Notes under the pieces: model-generated
The model's database searches: none
What the model was told of the DNA's origin: nothing
What the model saw: the letters and a program-made list of their open reading frames with translations, nothing else
NCBI RefSeq assembly: GCF_036365525.1
Contig: NC_090404.1
Span: 43,533,544-43,597,543, forward strand
Direction of reading: 5' to 3'
DNA length: 64,000 nt
Source: Heterodontus francisci
Taxonomy: Eukaryota
Part shown: piece by piece, positions 34,235 to 48,400 of the stretch
How positions within the stretch are numbered: position 1 is the stretch's first letter
Layout of the letters: the number at the start of each line of letters is the position of its first letter
Made by a program: the position numbers and the translations under genes

Positions 34235-36688
34235 ATGGGCGAGAGTAACAGGGTAGTTGTTACGGGGGACTTTAACTTCCCAAATATTGACTGGAAATAC
34301 AATAGTTCGAGTACTTCAGATGGGACAGTTTTTGTCCAGTGTGTGCAGGAGGGTTTTCTGACACAGTATGTAGACAGGTCAATCAGAGGCGATGCCACAT
34401 TGGATTTGGTACTGGGTAATGAACCCGGCCAGGTGTTAGATTTAAATGTAGGTGAGCACTTTGGTGATAGTGATCACAATTCGGTTAGGTTTACCTTAGC
34501 GATGGGCAGGGACAGGTATATACCGCAGGGCAAGAATTATAGCTGGGGGAAAGGAAATTATGATGCGATTAGGCAAGATTTAGGATGCGTAGGATGGGGA
34601 AGGAAACTGCAGGGGATGGGAACAATCGAAATGTGGAGCTTATTCAAGGAGCAGCTACTGCGTGTCCTTGATAAGTATATACCTGTGAGGCAGGGAGGAA
34701 GTTGTTGAGCGAGGGAGCCGTGGTTTACTAAAGAAGTTGAAGCGCTTGTCAAGAGGAAGAAGGCTGCTTATGTTAGGATGAGACGTGAAGGCTCAGTTAG
34801 GGCGCTTGAGAGTTACAAGCTAGCCAGGAAGGATCTAAAGGGAGAGCTAAGAAGAGCAAGGAGAGGACACGAGAAGTCATTGGCGGATAGGATCAGGGAA
34901 AACCCTAAGGCTTTCTATAGGTATATCAGGAATAAAAGAATGACTAGAGTTAGATTAGGGCCAATCAAGGATAGTAGTGGGAAGTTGTGTGTGGAATCAG
35001 AGGAGATAAGGGAAGCGTTAAATGAATATTTTGCGTCAGTATTTACAGTAGAGAAAGAAAATGTCGAGGAGAATACTGAGATTCAGACTACTAGGCTAGA
35101 TGGGATTGAGGTTCACAAGGAGGAGGTGTTATCAATTTTGGAAAGTGTGAAAATATATAAGTCCCCTGGGCCAGATGGGATTTATCCTAGGATTCTCTGG
35201 GAAGCTAGGGAGGAGATTGCAGAGCCTTTGTCCTTGATCTTTATGTCGTCATTGTCGACAGGAATAGTGCCAGAAGACTGGAGGATAGCAAATGTTGTCC
35301 TCTTGTTCAAGAAGGGGAGTAGAGACAGCCCTGGTAATTATAGACCTGTGGGTAAAATGTTGGAAAAGGTTATAAGAGACAGGATTTATAATCATCTTGA
35401 AAAGAATAAGTTCATTAGCGATAGTCAGCACGGTTTTGTGACGGGTAGGTCGTGCCTCATAAACCTTATTGAGTTTATCGAGAAGGTGACCAAACAGGTG
35501 GATGAGGGTAAAGCAGTGGATGTGGTGTATATGGATTTCAGTAAGGCGTTTGATAAGGTTCCCCACGGTAGGCTATTGCAGAAAATACGGAAGTATGGGG
35601 TTGAAGGTGATTTAGAGCTTTGGATCAGAAATTGTCTAGCTGAAAGAAGACAGAGGGTGGTGGTTGATGGCAAATGTTCATCTTGGAGTTTAGTTACTCG
35701 TGGTGTACCGCAAGGCTCTGTTTTGGGGCCACTGCTGTTTGTCATTTGTATAAATGACCTGGAAGAGGGTGTAGAAGGGTGGGTTAGTAAATTTGCGGAT
35801 GACACTAAGGTCGGTGGAGTTGTGGATAGTGCCGAAGGATGTTGTAGGGTACAGAGGGACATAGATAGGCTGCAGAGCTGGGCTGAGAGATGGCAAATGG
35901 AGTTTAATGCGGAAAAGTGTGAGGTGATTCACTTTGGCAGGATTAACAGGAATGCAGAGTACTGGGCTAATGGGAAGATTCTTGGTAGTGTAGATGAACA
36001 GAGAGATCTTGGTGTCCAGGTGCATAAATCCCTGAAGGTTGCTACCCAGGTTAATAGGGCTGTTAAGAAGGCATATGGTGTGTTAGCTTTTATTAGTAGG
36101 GGGATCGTGTTTCGGAGCCACGAGGTCATGCTGCAGCTGTACTAAACTCTGGTGAGACCGCACCTGGAGTATTGCGTGCAGTTCTGGTCATCACATTATA
36201 GGAAGGATGTGGAAGCTATGGAAAAGGTGCAGAGGAGATTTACTAGGATGTTGCCTGGTATGGAGGGAAGTTCTTACGAGAAAGGCTGAGGGACTTGAGG
36301 TTGCTTTCGTTGGAGAGAAGGAGGAGGAGAGGTGACTTAATAGAGACATATAAGATAATCAGAGGGTTAGATAGGGTGGATAGTGAGAGTCTTTTTCCTC
36401 GGATGGTGATGGCAAACACGAGGGGACATAGCTTTAAGTTGAGGGGTGATAGATATAGGACAGATGTCAGAGGTAGTTTCTTTACTCAGAGAGCAGTAGG
36501 GGCGTGGAACGCCCAGCATGCAGCAGTATTAGACTCGCCAACTTTAAGGGCATTTAACTGGTCATTGGAGATACATATGAATGAAAATGGAATAGTGTAG
36601 GTCAGATGGTTTCACAGGTCGGCGCAACATCGAGGGCCGAAAGGCCTGTACTGCACTGTAATGTTCTAATTCTAATTCTAATTCTAAT
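34235..36688 (+). mobile_element. 5'-truncated CR1 LINE (endonuclease end plus RT), few lesions, inserted in an older minus-strand CR1 (~33970-34230 and 36690-37130)
   Basis: GDFNFPNIDW, LDLVL, SDHN, QHGF, YMDFSKAFD, PQGSVLGP, FADDTK; (TTCTAA)n tail. Confidence 0.95.
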
Positions 36689-37142
36689 TGTATGTTTGTG
36701 TCTCTTTGTTCGAGAATATTCCAAGCAAACTAAATAGTTTCTCCATCTCTAGCCTGTTTTATCATTTTAATCACTTCCATTAGATCACTGCTCTTCCTTC
36801 TAAACTTAAAGGAATACAACCGAAGCTTGAGCAATCTGCTCTTGCAACTTAATTCTTTAAACATTTTGTTAAATCTTCACAATACACACCCAAGGTCAAT
36901 GGAGGTATGGTGCTCAGAAATGAACACAGTATTTCACATGGGGTCTGAGCAAGACCCGATACAACTGAAACAGAACTTCCTCTCCTTTTTATTTCAGCTT
37001 CATTCATCTAAAGGCCAACAATCATTTTAGTTTATTGTATACTTATTGTGTTTGCCCACTAATCTTTATAGAGTTGTGCACATGGTCACCTCAAATTCTT
37101 TGCTCAGGTTCAGTTCCTCACCTGTCACTTTTGGCTTTCTCA

Positions 37143-37942
37143 AAGAACAAAGAACAAAGAACAGTACAGCACAGGAACAGGCCATTCGGCCCTCCAAGCC
37201 TGCGCCGATCTTGATGCCTGCAGAAACTAAAACCTTCTGCACTTCCGGGGTACGTATCCCGCTATTCCTATCCTATTCATCTATTTGACAAGGTGCCTCT
37301 TAAACGTCTCTATGGTACCTACTTCCACCACCTCCCCTGGCAACAAGTTCCAGGCACTCACCACCCTCTGTGTAAAGAACTTGCCTCGCACATCCGCTCT
37401 AAACTTTGCCCCTCTCACCTTAAATCAATGTCCCCTAGTAACTGACTCTTCCACTAAGGGAAAAATCTTCTGACTATCCACTCTGTCCATGCCGCTTATA
37501 ACTTTGTAAACCTCTATCATGTCGCCCCTCCACCTCCGTCGTTCCAGTGAAAACAATCCGAGTTTATCCAACCTCTCCTCATAGCTAATGCCCTCCAGAC
37601 CAGGCAACATCCTGGCAAACCTCTTCTGTACCCTCTCCAAAGCCTCCACGTCCTTCTGGTAGTGTGGCGACCAGAATTGCACGCAATATTCTAAGTGTGG
37701 CCAAACTAAAGTTCTGTACAGCTGCAGCATGACTTGCCTATTTTTATACTCTATGCCCCTACCGATGAAGGCAAGCATGCCATATGCCTTCTTGACTACC
37801 TTATCCACCTGCGTTGCCACTTTCAGTGACCTGTGGACCTATATGCCCAGATCTCTCTGCCTGTCAATACTCCTCAGGGTTCTGCCATTTACTGTATACT
37901 TCCCACCTGCATTAGACCTTCCAAAATGCATTACCTCCCATT
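37143..37942 (-). mobile_element. 5'-truncated CR1 LINE
   Basis: RT C-terminal ORF; (AAGAACA)n tail; same subfamily as 49121. Confidence 0.92.
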
Positions 37943-38879
37943 CTCAAATCTGTTTTTATTCAGCAAGGAAATTATATTAGGTGTGACAGTTCTCACAGCA
38001 GCAAGAAGGTTTCATTTCTTGACTGGGATCCAAACCTGGACCACAGCACTGAGAGAGCTGAGTCCTAATCACTAGACCGCCGGGGAATCTCGCTTCCTCA
38101 CAACACTGTGGGTGTACAGACACTAGATGGTCCACAGTGGTTCAAGCAGGTGGCTCACCACTACTTTGTAACGGGCAATTATGGATGGTCAATAAATAGT
38201 GGCCTTACCAGTGACACCCACATCCCATCAAAGAATTAAAAAATTCCACCGTGGACGCTTCCTCATATTGAGTTTCATTTGCCACAGTTTTGTCCACTGT
38301 CTCGGACTGTCTCTGCCCCTTTATAGCCTCCTGCTTCCATCTGTCAAACATACTGAGCCTTCTAACTCACGCATGAATTAGTAAACAAAATAATGATGTT
38401 AAAACATATTTTATTTCACACGGGTCTGACAATGTAATGGCGCGCCAGAGCTTTGCAGCAACCACACGGTGGCACTTAATCCCCGCATGTGCATCTCCCT
38501 CTTTCAATAATAATAATAATAATAGAAAAATCTTACCTTGAACTTTCCACGATATTCTATATTTTGGTGATTTCGGGTCTTCTCACAAGTCCTGTCTCTG
38601 TGTTTCTCTTGCAGTCTATTATTCCTGCTCTCACTTTGATTGCACCTTTACTTCTTCGTTCTTCAGTTCATGGGGATCATGAAAATGATTGATCAGTATG
38701 TTTAATTAGTACCTATAAAATGGAACCGAATATCACAGTTACTTCTGGCTCCCTGAATATGGTCCCACTTGCCGTGAATGTAACTGCTTCAATCTGCTGA
38801 CAACACAAGGCACTGAATTCTTTATATACTCCCAGGAAAGACCCAAGAATTATTCTGTGAAGTCAACTTCAAGAAATGG

Positions 38880-39575
38880 CATAACCACAGAATCACAGAA
38901 TAGTTACAGCTCAGAGGGAGGCCATTCAGCCCATTGTGTCTGCACCAGCTCTCCGTAAGAACAATTCAGTTAGTGCCATTCCCCCACCGTCTCCCTGTAA
39001 TCCTTTACATTCTTCCTTTTCATATAACAGTCTAATTCCCCTTTAAATGCTTCAATTAAACCTGCCTCCACCACACTGTCAACCGGCACTTGCCAGAACT
39101 TAACCACTCGCTGCTTGACAAAGTTTTTCCTCATGTCACTTTCGTTTCTCTTACCAAATACTTGAACTCTGTGCCCTTTCGTTCTCGATCTTTTAACGAG
39201 TGGGAACAGTTTCTCTCCATCTAAAATGTCCAAATCCTTCATAATTTTGAATACCTCTATCAAATCACCTCTCAACCTTCTCTCCTCAAAGGAAAACAGT
39301 CCTAATCTCTCTGATCTATCTTCATAACTGAACTTCTTCATCCCTGGAACCATTCTCGTGAATCTTTTCTCTACTCTCTTCAATGCCCTCACGTCTCTTT
39401 TAAAGTAAGACTCCCAGAATTGGACACAATCCAGCAGAGGCCGAACTAGTGTCTTTTATAAGTTCAACATAATTTCCTTGCTCTGGTACTCTATGTCCCT
39501 ATAAATAAAGCCCAGGATACGGAATCATCTATCAACCGCTCTCTCAACCTGTACTGCCACCTTCAATGACTTTTG
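38880..39575 (-). mobile_element. CR1 LINE 3' fragment
   Basis: ORF 38970-39392 (RFTRMVPG..ERRLRGDLIEVFK); CACAGAAT tail repeats. Confidence 0.88.
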
Positions 39576-41070
39576 CACATTGCAAGTAACATTGATAAAC
39601 TGCCAAGCAACACCCGCTCGATCCAAGTAAAATGCAACAACAAAATAAATTACATAATATTCCAGCTTCGAGCTCCCCACCTGAACTTTTCATCGAAGGA
39701 TTTTCCTCACCAGACCACAGAGCAAGCTACAGTCAGTTCAATAAGGGAACGGATGTCGTGTGTGCAAGTTAATGTTGCTTATGCTTGTATCCGTTTCCTG
39801 ATTGGTTCTCTTGGCTAAACAAACAGATCACCATGGAGATATTTCTCCAGCTGTGGCTCTTTCCTGCCCTGTTCCTGTGGATTTACATAAGAAATCAGGG
39901 GCAATTAAAGGCCACGTGGTCCTTTGCAGATCATCACTTCTGTGCTCAAGTCATCCAGTCCTGGCTACATTTTAAATGCTTTCAGTTTCTTTCACTCCAC
40001 TGTCTTGCGGACAGAATGTTATACATTAAATCAAATGAGGTTGATTTTTTTTCTGTACCTCGTGAGTGTAAAGCATCCCCTGGCCTTCCATTACTGTTTT
40101 CACCCAATTTTGAAATCATTTGAATTAATGGACCAAAAATCAGGCCAGCCTTGCTTTTTAACCTCCTTGCCTGACTTTCCTTCATACCGACGTTAGACAG
40201 ACGAAAAACTCTCCAAGCTACTTCCATTGGCCTCGCAATTGCACAGTGGAATAATTGCAGTCAAGGTCTAAAATGCCCGTGTGAAATTCCTTCAGACACT
40301 AACACAGAGGAGACAATCCTCATTTACTCAAATAACTGAAATGATTGTATGTGATACCGGCAGAGGAATTATAATTGCATTCCCATGCGTTGCTGTTGCT
40401 CCCACCTTCAACTGAAACTATAAACCATTTCCTTTAATTATGCAATGTCTCCTTCAACATATTGGAGAGAGGAACATCTTTCATCCACCATCACTATGAT
40501 CTGTAATCAATTAATTGTTTTTAAATTATATTAGAGGCAGCGATTTTGTATGAATTTTGTTCCACATCGAAATGCAATTGTTTCACAAGGTAATTGCAAA
40601 ACCCCACTGCATGTCTTAGATTTAATTAGCCAGAAATTACATTCATCATCTTCAACGTGGGTCTGTACTTACCTTGGAGTCATTTGCTGAGCTCAGCTTG
40701 TTCTGTAATATTTAATATTACACATGATTGAATAAGATGCTTGTTAACATTTTCCCCCTGGACATGTAAGCCTGAACGTTTAACTATCTCAACTCCTTTA
40801 AATTTCTCATCATGCAGATCCTTCCTTAAGCTCAGTGATCAAAACTGCATCCAAAACTTCCTGGATCTGAGGAATTCATTCAACAATCTCAGCAGACCCT
40901 TATTTACATCCACTGCTCTTGCGATGTGTCCTAACATTTTATTTGCCTTTATTAATTCATCACATAACAATCTCAAAATTAGCAGTGATGCTTCTATCCT
41001 TATTCCGAGTTCTCATTCCAAGGGGCAATTTTCAAGCCTCTTCATTGTGCTTTGGTGTCCTTCACTTTCG

Positions 41071-44000
41071 AACATAGAACATAGAACAGTACAGCACAGA
41101 ACAGGCCCTTCGGCCCACGATGTTGTGCCGACCCTTTAACCTACTCTAAGATCAAACAACTTACATACCTTTCATTCTACTATCATCCATGTACCTATCC
41201 AAGAGTCGCTTAATTGTCCCTAATGTATCTGCTTCTACTACAACCGCTGGCAGTGCATTCCACACACTCACCACTTTCTGTATAAAGAACCTACCTCTGA
41301 CATCTCCCCTAAACCTTCCTCCAATCACCTTAAAATTATGGCCCCTGGTGATAGCCCTTTCCGCCCTGGGAAAAAGTCTCTGGCTATCCACTCTATCTAT
41401 GCCTCTCATCGTCTTATACACCTCTATCAAGTCACCTCTCATCCTTCTTCGCTCCAATGAGAAAAGCCCTAGATCCCTCAACCTTTCTTCATAAGACATG
41501 CCCTCCAGTCCAGGCAGCATCCTGGTAAATCTCCTCTGCACCCTCTCTAAAGCTTCCACATCCTTCCTATAATGAGGCGACCAGAACTGAACACAATATT
41601 CCAAGTGTGGTCTAACCAGGGCTTTATAGAGCTGAATCATAACCTCATGGCTCTTAAACTCAATCCCCCTGTTAATGAAAGCCAACACACCATACGCCTT
41701 CTTAACAACCCTATCAACCTGGGTGGCAACTTTGAGTGATCTATGGACGTGGACTCCAAGATCCCTCTGTTCCTCCACACTGCCAAGAATCCTGTCTTTA
41801 AGCCTGTATTCTGCATTTAAATTCGACATTCCAAAATGAATCACTTCACATTTTTACAGGTTGAACTGCATCTGCCACATCTCAGCCCAGCTCTGCATCC
41901 TGTCAATGTCCCGTTGCAACCTACAACAGCCCTCCACACTATCCACAACTCCAGCAACCTTTGTGTCATCGGCAAACTTACGAACCCAGCCTTCCACTTC
42001 CTCATCCAAGTCATTTATAAAAATCACAAAGAGCAGAGGTCCTAGAGAAGATCCCTGTGGAGCACTACTTGTCACCGAGCTCCAGGTTGAATACTTTCCA
42101 TCTACTACCACCCTCCGTCTTCTATGGGCCAGCCAATTCTGTATCCAGACAGCCAAATTTCCCTGTATCCCATGCCTCCTTACTTTCTGAATAAGCCTAC
42201 CATGGGGAACCTTATCAAACGCCGTGCTAAAATCCATATACACCACATCCACTGCTCTTCCTTCATCAATGTGTTTTGTCACATCCTCAATGAATTCAAT
42301 AAGGCTTTTGAGACATGACCTGCCCCTCACAAAGCCATGCTGAATGTCTCTAATCAAACTATGCTTTTCCAAATAATCATAAATCCTGTCTCTCAAAATC
42401 CTCTCCAATAACTTGCCCACCACCGACGTAAGACTACTGGTCTGTAATTCCCAGGGTTATCCCTATTCCTTTCTTGAACAAGGGAATAACATTTGCCTCC
42501 CTCCAATCACCTGGTACCACTCCAGTGGACAGTGAGGACGCAAAGATCATCGCCAAACGCGCGGCAATCTCTTCCCTCACTTCCCGTTATAACCTAGGGT
42601 ATATCCCATCTGGTCCCAGGGACTTATCTATCCTCATGTCTTTCAAAATTTCTAGCACACCCTCCTTCTTAACATCAACCTGTTCGAACATATCAGCCTG
42701 TTTCACGCTGTCCTCACAAACGACCAGGTCCCTCTCACTAGTGAATACTGAAGCAAAGTATTCATTAAGTACTTCCCCTCCCTCCTCCGACTCCAGGCAC
42801 AAGTTCCCTCCACTATCCCTGATCGGCCCTACCCTCACACTGGCCATCCTCTTGTTCCTCACATAAATGCAGAACGCCTTGGGATTTTCCTTAATCCTAC
42901 CCGCCAAGACTTTTTCATGTCCCCTTCTAGATCTCCTAAGTCCATTCTTCAGTTCCTTCCTGGTTACCTTGTAACCCTCTGGAGCCCTGTCTGATCCTTG
43001 CTTCCTCAACCTTAAGTAAGCTTCCTTCTTCCTCTTGACTAGCTGTTCCACATCTCTTGTCATCCAAGGTTCCTTCATCCTAACATCCCTTCATTGCCTC
43101 ATCAGGACAAACCTATCCATCAGTCGCAGCAAGTGCTCCCTAAAAAACCTCCACATTTCTGTCGTGCATTTCCCTGAGAACATCTGTTCCCAATTTAAGC
43201 TCCCCAGTTCCTGCCTAATAGCATTGTAATTCCCCCTCTCTCAATTAAATATTTTCCCATCCCGTCTGCTCCTCTCCCTCTCCATGACTATAGTAAAGGT
43301 CAGGGAGTTGTGATCACTATCACTGAAATGCTCTCCCACTGAGAGATCTGCCACCTGGCCTGGTTTGTTGCTGAGCACCAAGTCCAACATAGCCTCCCCT
43401 CTAGTCGGCCTATCTACATATTGATTCAGGAAACCTTCCTGGACACACCTGACAATATCTGCTCCATCCAAACTATTTTCACTAAGGAGGTTCCAAGCAA
43501 TATTAGGGAAGTTGAAGTCACCCATGACAACAATCCTGTTACTTCTGCACCTTTCCAAAATCTGCCTCCAAATCTGTTCCTCCGTGTCTCTGTTGCTATT
43601 GGGGGGTCTAAAGAAAATTCCCAATAAAGCGACTGCTCCTTTCCTTTTCTGACTTCCACCCATACTGACTCAGTAGATAAACCCTCCTCGACGACCTCCC
43701 TTTCTGCAGCTGTGATACTATCCCTGATTAGCAATGCCACTCCCCCACCTCTTTTGCCTCCCTCCCTATTCCCTTTGAAACATCTAAACCCCGGAACATC
43801 CAACATCCATACCTGCCCCTGTGATATCCAAGTCTCCATAATGGCCGCATCATCGTAGTTCCAAGTACTGATCCATGCTCTAAGTTCATCACCCTTATTC
43901 CTGACACTTCTTGCGTTAAAATAGACACACTTCAACCCATCATACTGGCTGCAACTTTGCCCTGTCAACTGTCAAATCTTCCTCACAGACTCTCTGCACT

Positions 44001-45275
44001 CTGTATCTGTCAGTTCAACAGCTACCCCATCCACTGTTCCGTCGCTCCATGTCCCATCCCCCTGCCAAAATAGTTTAAACCCTCCCCAAGAGCTCCAGCA
44101 AACCTCCCACCCAGGATATTGGTGCCCCTCCAGTTCAGATGCAACCCGTCCTTCTTGTACAGGTCCCACCTTCCCCAGAAGGTATCCCAATGATCCACAT
44201 AGCTGAATCCCTCCCTCCTACACCAGCTCTGTAGCCAAGTGTTCAGCTGCACTCGCTCTCTTTTTCTAGCCTCACTAGCTCGTGGCACCGGTATCAATCC
44301 TGAGAATACTACTCTGCCCGTCCTGCTTTATAGCTTCCAACTTAACTCCCTATATTCGCTTTTCAGGTCCTCATCCCTTTTCCTAGCTATGCCATTGGTA
44401 CCGATGTGTACCATGACTTCTGGCTGCTCGCCCTTCCCCTTAAGAATCCTGTAGACTCGATCCGAGACATCCCTGGCCCTGGCACCCGGGAGGCAACATA
44501 CCATCCGGGAGTCTCATTCGTGACCACAGAATCTCCTGTCTGTTCTTCTAACCATTGAATCTCCTATCACTATCGCTCCCCTATTCTCCCCCCTTCCCTT
44601 CTGAGCCACAGAGCCAGGTTCAGTGCCAGAGACCTGACCGCTGTGGCTTTCCCCTGGTTGGTCCCGCCCCCAACAGTATCCAAAATGGTATACTTATTAT
44701 TGAGTGGAATGGCCACAGGGGCTCCCTGCACTGTGCGCCTATTCCCTTTCCCTCCCCTGACGGTCACCCAGCTACCTTTATCCTGCAACCTAGGTGTCAC
44801 TACTTCCCTATAACTGTTCTCTCTCACCCCCTCAGCCTCCTGAATGATCCGAAGTTCATCCAGCTCCAGCTCCAGTTCCCTAACGCGGTCTGTGAGGAAC
44901 TGGAGTTGGGTGCACTTCTCGCAGGTGAAGTCAGCAGGGATACAAGTGATGACCCTTACCTCCCACATCCTGCAAGTGGAGCATGCAACTGCCCTCGCTT
45001 CCATCCTCTCTGCTGTAAATTGACAACGGAGATTTTTTTAAAAATGAAGGAAAACCTTACCTTACCAAACCCTCCACACAAGAGTCCTTTTTTTTTTGGT
45101 TAGAGGAGGATGGGTGGGAGACACTACACGTGCAGTGTTTCGGGTTTAGCCACTGCCCGAATATATAAGCTCACTTACCCAGCAGTCCCCATGTCCGCGT
45201 CCGCCCAATCACGAGGTAACTACTTTATAGCTCAACTTACCTTCCCGGCTGCCCCCTGGCTCGTGCTCTCACCAC
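41071..45275 (-). mobile_element. Near full-length CR1 LINE (ORF1 zinc-finger/leucine-zipper plus esterase; ORF2 APE endonuclease plus RT), frameshifted
   Basis: ORF1 CSTC..CEKC..LELELDEL and DGLHLN; ORF2 YFNARS, ETW, GDFN, SDHN, FADDTK; (AACATAG)n tail; 5' UTR. Confidence 0.95.
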
Positions 45276-45379
45276 TCCCACTGCACAAATACCACAAAAT
45301 GAAATACTTCACATTTGTTCTGGTAAATATACCACAGTCTAAGAAGCAATAATAAATTTCACCAAGGTAATGATTACTT

Positions 45380-45790
45380 CATGGTTAAAGTACCGTGTGC
45401 AGTTTTAGGCACTTCTATAGATACGATATTACAGAGATAGACAGCAGGCAAAGTAGATACATTAGATCAGTCCCTGGAATGGGAACTAATTCTTTATCAA
45501 GGAGGTTTTTTTTTCCAGTGGAGCAGAAAAGTCTAAGAGGAGATTTACAGAACATTTTACAATCATGAACGATTTTGTTAGCGTCAAGGGCGCAATCTAT
45601 GTCCTATGCTTTGGGATTCAATAACAAGGGATCATCAATTTAAGATCATTATTACGTGAGACAGGAGAGAGGTTAGGAGAAATTTTGTGCAGATGGTTGT
45701 TGGAACACGCTTTTTACAGGAGATTTTATTGTGTCAGAGACCAGTCCATGCTTTATGGGGAAACATGACTCCTATTAGACAGAGTGGAAG
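45380..45790 (+). mobile_element. Old CR1 3' fragment running directly into the 49-bp array
   Basis: Degenerate tttccagtggagcagaaaagtctaagaggagattta..aaggggatcatcaatttaag. Confidence 0.55.
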
Positions 45791-46691
45791 GAACAGGCTA
45801 CGGGGAAGAGCTGGATTGGCTTGTGATTAATATGCAGTTTGAGGAAGACAGTAGGCCGGTGGATATGTTTTGAGTTAATACAGGACTATGGAGAGAGAGG
45901 GTACTTGCACTCGTTTGGAATTGATACAGGTCTGGTGGAGAAAACGCGAAAGTATAGTTAGTTTTGGACTGCTAACGAACTATGAGGCGTGAGCAGGGAA
46001 ATGGGATCAATTTGTAATTCATAGTTCCGTACGGGGAGAGTGTGAGATAGAGGGATTAGTTTGGGATTGTGATATAGCTATGGGGAAGAGAGCTGGCCAG
46101 TGGGATTAGTTTTGGATTGATACACGGTAATGCGAACAGCGCGGCACAGTGGAATGAGTTTTGCATTGATACAGAGCTATGTGAAAGAGAGCAAGCAGTC
46201 AAATTAATTTTGGATTGCATGACTGTGGAGAAAACGGTGTATTGGTGTTAATTTGAGATTTAGGAAAAGCAATGAGGAAATAAATTGTATGTGGGATTAG
46301 TTTGCAATTGATGCCAATCTATGGAGAGAGAATGAGGCAGTAGGATTTTATGATTAATAATGGACTACGGGGGGAGCTAGAAATGATGTAGGTTTAGTTT
46401 GGATTTATTCAGAAATACTTGACGAGAGCAGGTCAGTGGGATTAGTATGCAATTGATGTAGAGCCATGCGGAGAGCGCTGTGCTGTGAGATTAGTATCAG
46501 ATTGATATCAAACTATGGTGTAAAGGTGTGACTGTGGGACTCGTTTGTTATTAATACGTAGCTACAGGAGGGTGCAGAGCATGTGAATATATTTAGTTTT
46601 GGATTGATACAGGACAACGGAGAGAACAAGTCAGTGCGATGAGTACAGGATTGATAGAGGGCTGTGGGGTTAATTTTGGTCTGGATTGTTG
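45790..46691 (+). repeat. Degenerate ~49-bp G-rich tandem array 1
   Basis: Unit approx. GATACAGGGCTATGGGGAGAGAGCGGGGCAGTGGGATTAGTTTGGGATT. Confidence 0.85.
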
Positions 46692-48400
46692 CATAAGGAC
46701 ATAGGAGCAGAAGTAAGCTATTCAGCCCATCAAGCCTGTGCTGCTATTTACTGAGATCATGGATGATTTGCATCTTAATTCCATCCATCCACTTTGGCTC
46801 AATTTGTTTTGCAAAGTTTTGCATAAATGAATATATCTACCGATTTCAGATTTCAAATTATTAATTGAGTGAGCATCTTTTTTTTTGTGGGAGAGAATTC
46901 TACACTTCTAACACGCTTTGTGTGAAGTGTTTTCTCACCTCTCTTCTGAATGACCTGTCTCTGAATTTTAAGATCCTGTCCCGTGTCGGAGACGTTCCTT
47001 CTGATGGAAATAGTTTTCTTCTACAACACTACCACTTCCTTTCAAAATACCAAAAAAAATCGCCACGTAAACTTTTATATTCAAGAGATTAAACACCTGA
47101 TTTATTTAATTTCTTCATATAATGTAATCCTTGGAGCGTTGGTAAACGTTCTTGTGAATTTGTGCTTTACATCTTCAAAGGTCAGTATATTCTTTCTAAG
47201 TTGTGGTGCCAACGTCTGTACGCAGTGTTCCAGATGTATTGTAAACAGGGATTTATAACGCTGTAACAAAAAGTCCTATCCTTTATTTTCTAGCCCTCTA
47301 GTTAAAATATATATCATCCCATTAGCTTTTATGATTATTTTTGTACGTGACTACTATATGTAAGTGGACTGTGCATGCAAACCTTTAAAACTCAATAGAC
47401 CTGCAATATTCCGAGATAAATAGGACTCAAATCTATCCGTCTTTGTTTGGAAATGAATGAACTCCCAGGTGCCTGTGTTGAACCCCATCTGCCACAGTTT
47501 CACTCTCTCACTGAACTTATCAATGTCTATATGTAACTGTATGCTCCTGTCTACACCACGTACTATATCACCAAACTTGGTGTCATCGTAAAACTTCCAT
47601 ATATGACTCTCACTTGTTTTATCCACATCATTAATAAATATAATGAACAGTTGAGGCCCCAGACAGAGACTTGTGGGATCTCATTGTCAGTTCTTTCCAA
47701 TGAGAGGTGATACCCAGTGTCCCTACTTTCTGTGCTCCGCTTCCTAACTAACCTCCTAACCACATCGCCTTCCATTCCCTGTGCTTTATTTTGTATCCAA
47801 CAGTCTCTTATGTGCAAGCTTATCAAATGTCTTATGGAAGTTGATAGTAACTACAATCCATAGCTGTTCTCCTGTTAATACTTTAGTTCTTATAATTAGG
47901 TTCGTTATATATCGCCTACCTTTCACAGGCTTTTTTCTAATCAGCTCAAATTTCTCTATGACCTCAATCACTCTCCGAAATTATAGATGCGAATACCTTC
48001 CCACAATAGGTCTCTTTCTCTCACCTTTCAAAAATAATGGACATTATTTGCAATTTTCCAATTTAAATGGACAATTCCTGAATCAAGAGAGTTTTGGAAG
48101 GTTATAGTTGAAGCACCTATAATAATTTAAAACCATGGGATTAAAAACCATTCGGTCCTTGGGGATTTGTCAGTCTTTAACACTTTTTTGGGGAAACACT
48201 TTCAACTTGCTTACGTTAAATTTCATGAGTCCCATTCCCTTATTTATTATTAATGTCCCTGGAATGTCAGTTATATTATCCTTTTCCTGTTCTGTGAGGC
48301 TGTAAAAAGCAATTATTCAACAGGTATGCACTACCCTTATTTTCAGTTGCAATATTTATCCTGTTTTTTGAAACGCCCACATTTTTCACTGAAGAAATGT
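46692..48400 (-). mobile_element. Old degenerate CR1 LINE
   Basis: KFYDDTK, NFHKTFDK, WQMGFN motifs on the minus strand. Confidence 0.75.

Noticed and set aside
34778-36145. 455-aa reverse transcriptase ORF as a host or defence gene
   Set aside because: Ordinary CR1 ORF2 fragment with flanking stops, a frameshift and many paralogues in the window.
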